Assembly (NCBI GenBank): GCA_001542995.1 | Contig: LFLA01000014.1 | Location: forward strand, 96,556-160,555 | From: Nitrospina sp. LS_NOB | Lineage (GTDB): Bacteria; Nitrospinota; Nitrospinia; Nitrospinales; VA-1 | DNA length: 64,000 nucleotides | Direction: 5' to 3' | Shown here: positions 61,792 through 64,000 of the stretch, piece after piece | Layout: every line of letters begins with the position of its first letter | Numbering within the stretch: the first letter of the stretch is position 1 | Translations under genes and position numbers: made by a program | The notes under the pieces: model-generated | The model's database searches: none | What the model was told of the DNA's origin: nothing | What the model saw: the letters and a program-made list of their open reading frames with translations, nothing else

Positions 61792-62940
61792 TCAATCACC
61801 CCCATCTGCTGAATAAAGGTTTTTATGTTCGTTGATGGCATAGCGGTCCGTCATGCAGGAGACATAGTCGCAAATCCGGCGTTCCAGGGAACCCCATTGC
61901 GAATTTTTCTGGGCCGGTTCAGGGAGAAGCCCGGGCATTTTTGTATAGGCCTCAAAGATCCTCTCCAGCGTCAACTCGGCTTTAAACTCCATGCGTAAAA
62001 CTTTGCGATGGGAATACATATTTTTATGGAGGAATTGTTTTAACTCCTTATTTTTTTCAGCGACCTCTTCTCCAAACGCTGCAATACGAATGGGCGCATG
62101 ACGCACATCATCCACCTTGCCGATCTGGTACTGCTCAAGGTTCTTCGACGTAGCCTGGCGAAAGTCGCTGACGAGATCGTTGATAATGCTTCGAACCACC
62201 TGATATTTTTTCAGCCTGAAGTCCAGCCCCGTATATTTCTCGTCGAACCTTTCTTCATTCTCTTGCCAGAGTGCCACTTTCCTTAGTTGATCAAGATCAA
62301 ATAACTGGGAAGTGATCCCGTCATCCAGATCGTGAGCATTGTAGGCAATGCCATCGGCAAAGTCGGCAACCTGGGCTTCCAGGGAAGGAAAGCGCACCGC
62401 TTCATCAGAGGTGATCGGATTTTCTTCATCTCGAGCATGTTTGCTGATCCCCTCCATAACCTCCCAGGTCAGGTTGAGTCCATCGAACTCTGGATAACGT
62501 TTTTCAAGCAGTTTTACAATTCTCAAGCTCTGTTTGTTATGTTCAAAACCGCCATGCCCTTTCATCAACCGGTTCAATACATTTTGCCCTGTGTGTCCAA
62601 AAGGAGGATGGCCCAAGTCGTGAGACAGGGCAACCGCTTCCGCAAGGTCTTCATTAAGTTGCAAGGATTTACAAATGGAGCGCGCGATTTGCGCAACTTC
62701 AAGGGAATGGGTAAGCCGGGTCCGGTAATAGTCGCCTTCGTGGTAGACAAAAACCTGGGTTTTATATTCCAGCCTTCTGAATGCAGAGGTGTGGATGATG
62801 CGATCGCGGTCCCTTTGAAATCGGGTGCGGTAGAGGTGCTCCTCTTCCTGATGCTGACGTCCTTTACTTTCCCCGCTTTTCATTGCGTAGGGAGCCAGGG
62901 AACTGGTTTCAATTTTTTCCAGATCTTGCCGCTTGATCAA
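61792..62940 (-). CDS. dgt: Deoxyguanosinetriphosphate triphosphohydrolase
   Basis: FQRDRDRI, RRLEYKTQV, RTRLTHSLEV, HDLGHPPFGH, HDLDD and MTDRYA. Confidence 0.94.
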   Translation of the reverse strand: MIKRQDLEKIETSSLAPYAMKSGESKGRQHQEEEHLYRTRFQRDRDRIIHTSAFRRLEYKTQVFVYHEGDYYRTRLTHSLEVAQIARSICKSLQLNEDLAEAVALSHDLGHPPFGHTGQNVLNRLMKGHGGFEHNKQSLRIVKLLEKRYPEFDGLNLTWEVMEGISKHARDEENPITSDEAVRFPSLEAQVADFADGIAYNAHDLDDGITSQLFDLDQLRKVALWQENEERFDEKYTGLDFRLKKYQVVRSIINDLVSDFRQATSKNLEQYQIGKVDDVRHAPIRIAAFGEEVAEKNKELKQFLHKNMYSHRKVLRMEFKAELTLERIFEAYTKMPGLLPEPAQKNSQWGSLERRICDYVSCMTDRYAINEHKNLYSADGGD

Positions 62941-63102
62941 TATGTGACCTGAGTTCTAGCGGAGTACATCCGCAGGCCAGCGTGACGCTGGACAAAATGA
63001 AAATAGCTATCCGTGAGCAAAAGTGATCTCGGCGCAACGAGCCATTGCTCATTACCTCCCTCGCATGAAATTCTTCTTTAGCTTTCATGCCCCGCAGGGG
63101 TA

Positions 63103-63759
63103 TTACAGGGTCAAATCATCGGCAAGCTGATCCCAATCCGTTTCTTCGATTTCTTCTTGAGTGATGGGGCCCAAAACCTGGAACCTCTCCATTTCGTCGG
63201 GACTCAGGGCAAGTTCCTGGAAAGTAATTTCATCCCCCACCTTAAAACCGGCTTCAATCATGGCAAGCCTTTCCTGAACTTCTTGACCCATATCAACTTT
63301 TGCATCTCTGGAACCGCCATCTTGTTGGAGCTGCAATGCCTCAAACACCGGATCAAAGTTTTGAATGATGGTATCTTCCACCTCTCCAAACTCGCTGTTG
63401 ACCGACCTGAAATATTCCCGATAGAGGTCATAATGAATAAATCGGTACTGGCTGATCTTGTTCGCTTCCAGATAGTCTTCGGATGCCAGACGGTACTGGC
63501 CCTCCTTGATATAAATCCTGCCCCGGAAAACCCGGGCAAGGAAATGCTTGGGGTTTAAACTCAATACCATATTCAGGTTCAGCAAAGCTATGGCCCGTTT
63601 TTTTTCATTCATGCTGGAAAGCGCCTGCTTGAAATGCTGACGCACCTCCGGATCCTTATTTTCCAGCAAACGGAGCATGGGCTCAAACACGGGAAAGATG
63701 AATTCCCCGAGCTTGAATTGGGTAAGACTAATCAAATGGCTGATTTTTTTAAACTTCAC
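63103..63759 (-). CDS. TPR-containing hypothetical protein
   Basis: LSLNPKHFLARVFRGRIY TPR and acidic C-terminus. Confidence 0.7.
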   Translation of the reverse strand: MKFKKISHLISLTQFKLGEFIFPVFEPMLRLLENKDPEVRQHFKQALSSMNEKKRAIALLNLNMVLSLNPKHFLARVFRGRIYIKEGQYRLASEDYLEANKISQYRFIHYDLYREYFRSVNSEFGEVEDTIIQNFDPVFEALQLQQDGGSRDAKVDMGQEVQERLAMIEAGFKVGDEITFQELALSPDEMERFQVLGPITQEEIEETDWDQLADDLTL

Positions 63760-64000
63760 AAAAACCCCATACGTTGCAAAACCCTTGGGAACGTAAAAAC
63801 CCCTTGGTTGTTCTAAGCCTATCTTCTAATGGATGGCTGATTTTAACCAAAATCGCGGCAAGCGTCAACCTTCAAGAAAAACCACGCAAAGCCACCAACA
63901 TAATCACATAATAAACAATGACTTCAAGATCCAACTGGAGGTTTTTGGCTTTCCTGATGTTTCCCGAAACTCTCCTAAAAAGTAAAAAATGCGCTTTTAC

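Noticed and set aside
61792-62940. dGTPase as an antiphage defence gene
   Set aside because: Short housekeeping-type Dgt in a non-defence context.

Overview
Bacterial chromosomal window of moderate GC with no rRNA and no CRISPR array. The gene repertoire suggests a Nitrospina-like marine nitrite oxidiser, but that is inference only. Core or housekeeping genes are hisA/hisF, dut, dgt, rmlC, a sigma54-driven nirA-nirC operon, arsM, cbiX, a 1-Cys peroxiredoxin, an Nfu scaffold, a Gld-like ABC system and tRNA-Lys(CTT). Five things stand out. (1) A type I R-M operon carries an Abi_C-like gene and a HEPN toxin whose cognate MNT nucleotidyltransferase antitoxin is fused in frame to the N-terminus of HsdR, a candidate restriction-guarding toxin-antitoxin; a relic second hsdS tail marks a cassette exchange. 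(2) An apparent sphingolipid operon (desaturase, Spt, bCerS-like GNAT, reductase, CDP-alcohol phosphotransferase). (3) A roughly 500-nt highly base-paired non-coding region with tandem NrdR-like boxes at its promoter and alternative terminator/antiterminator pairings, plus a second roughly 200-nt structured RNA candidate upstream of rmlC. (4) A family of composite MITEs (GAGACCTTTGC TIRs enclosing REP-like palindromes), one of which split a macro-domain gene with a 9-bp TSD. (5) A 2.7-kb integrase-less tRNA-Lys islet carrying a NERD-helicase. Many frameshifts, an in-frame stop and deleted or chimeric genes point to genome decay and/or assembly errors. All product calls come from motifs recognised by eye; no database searches were run.
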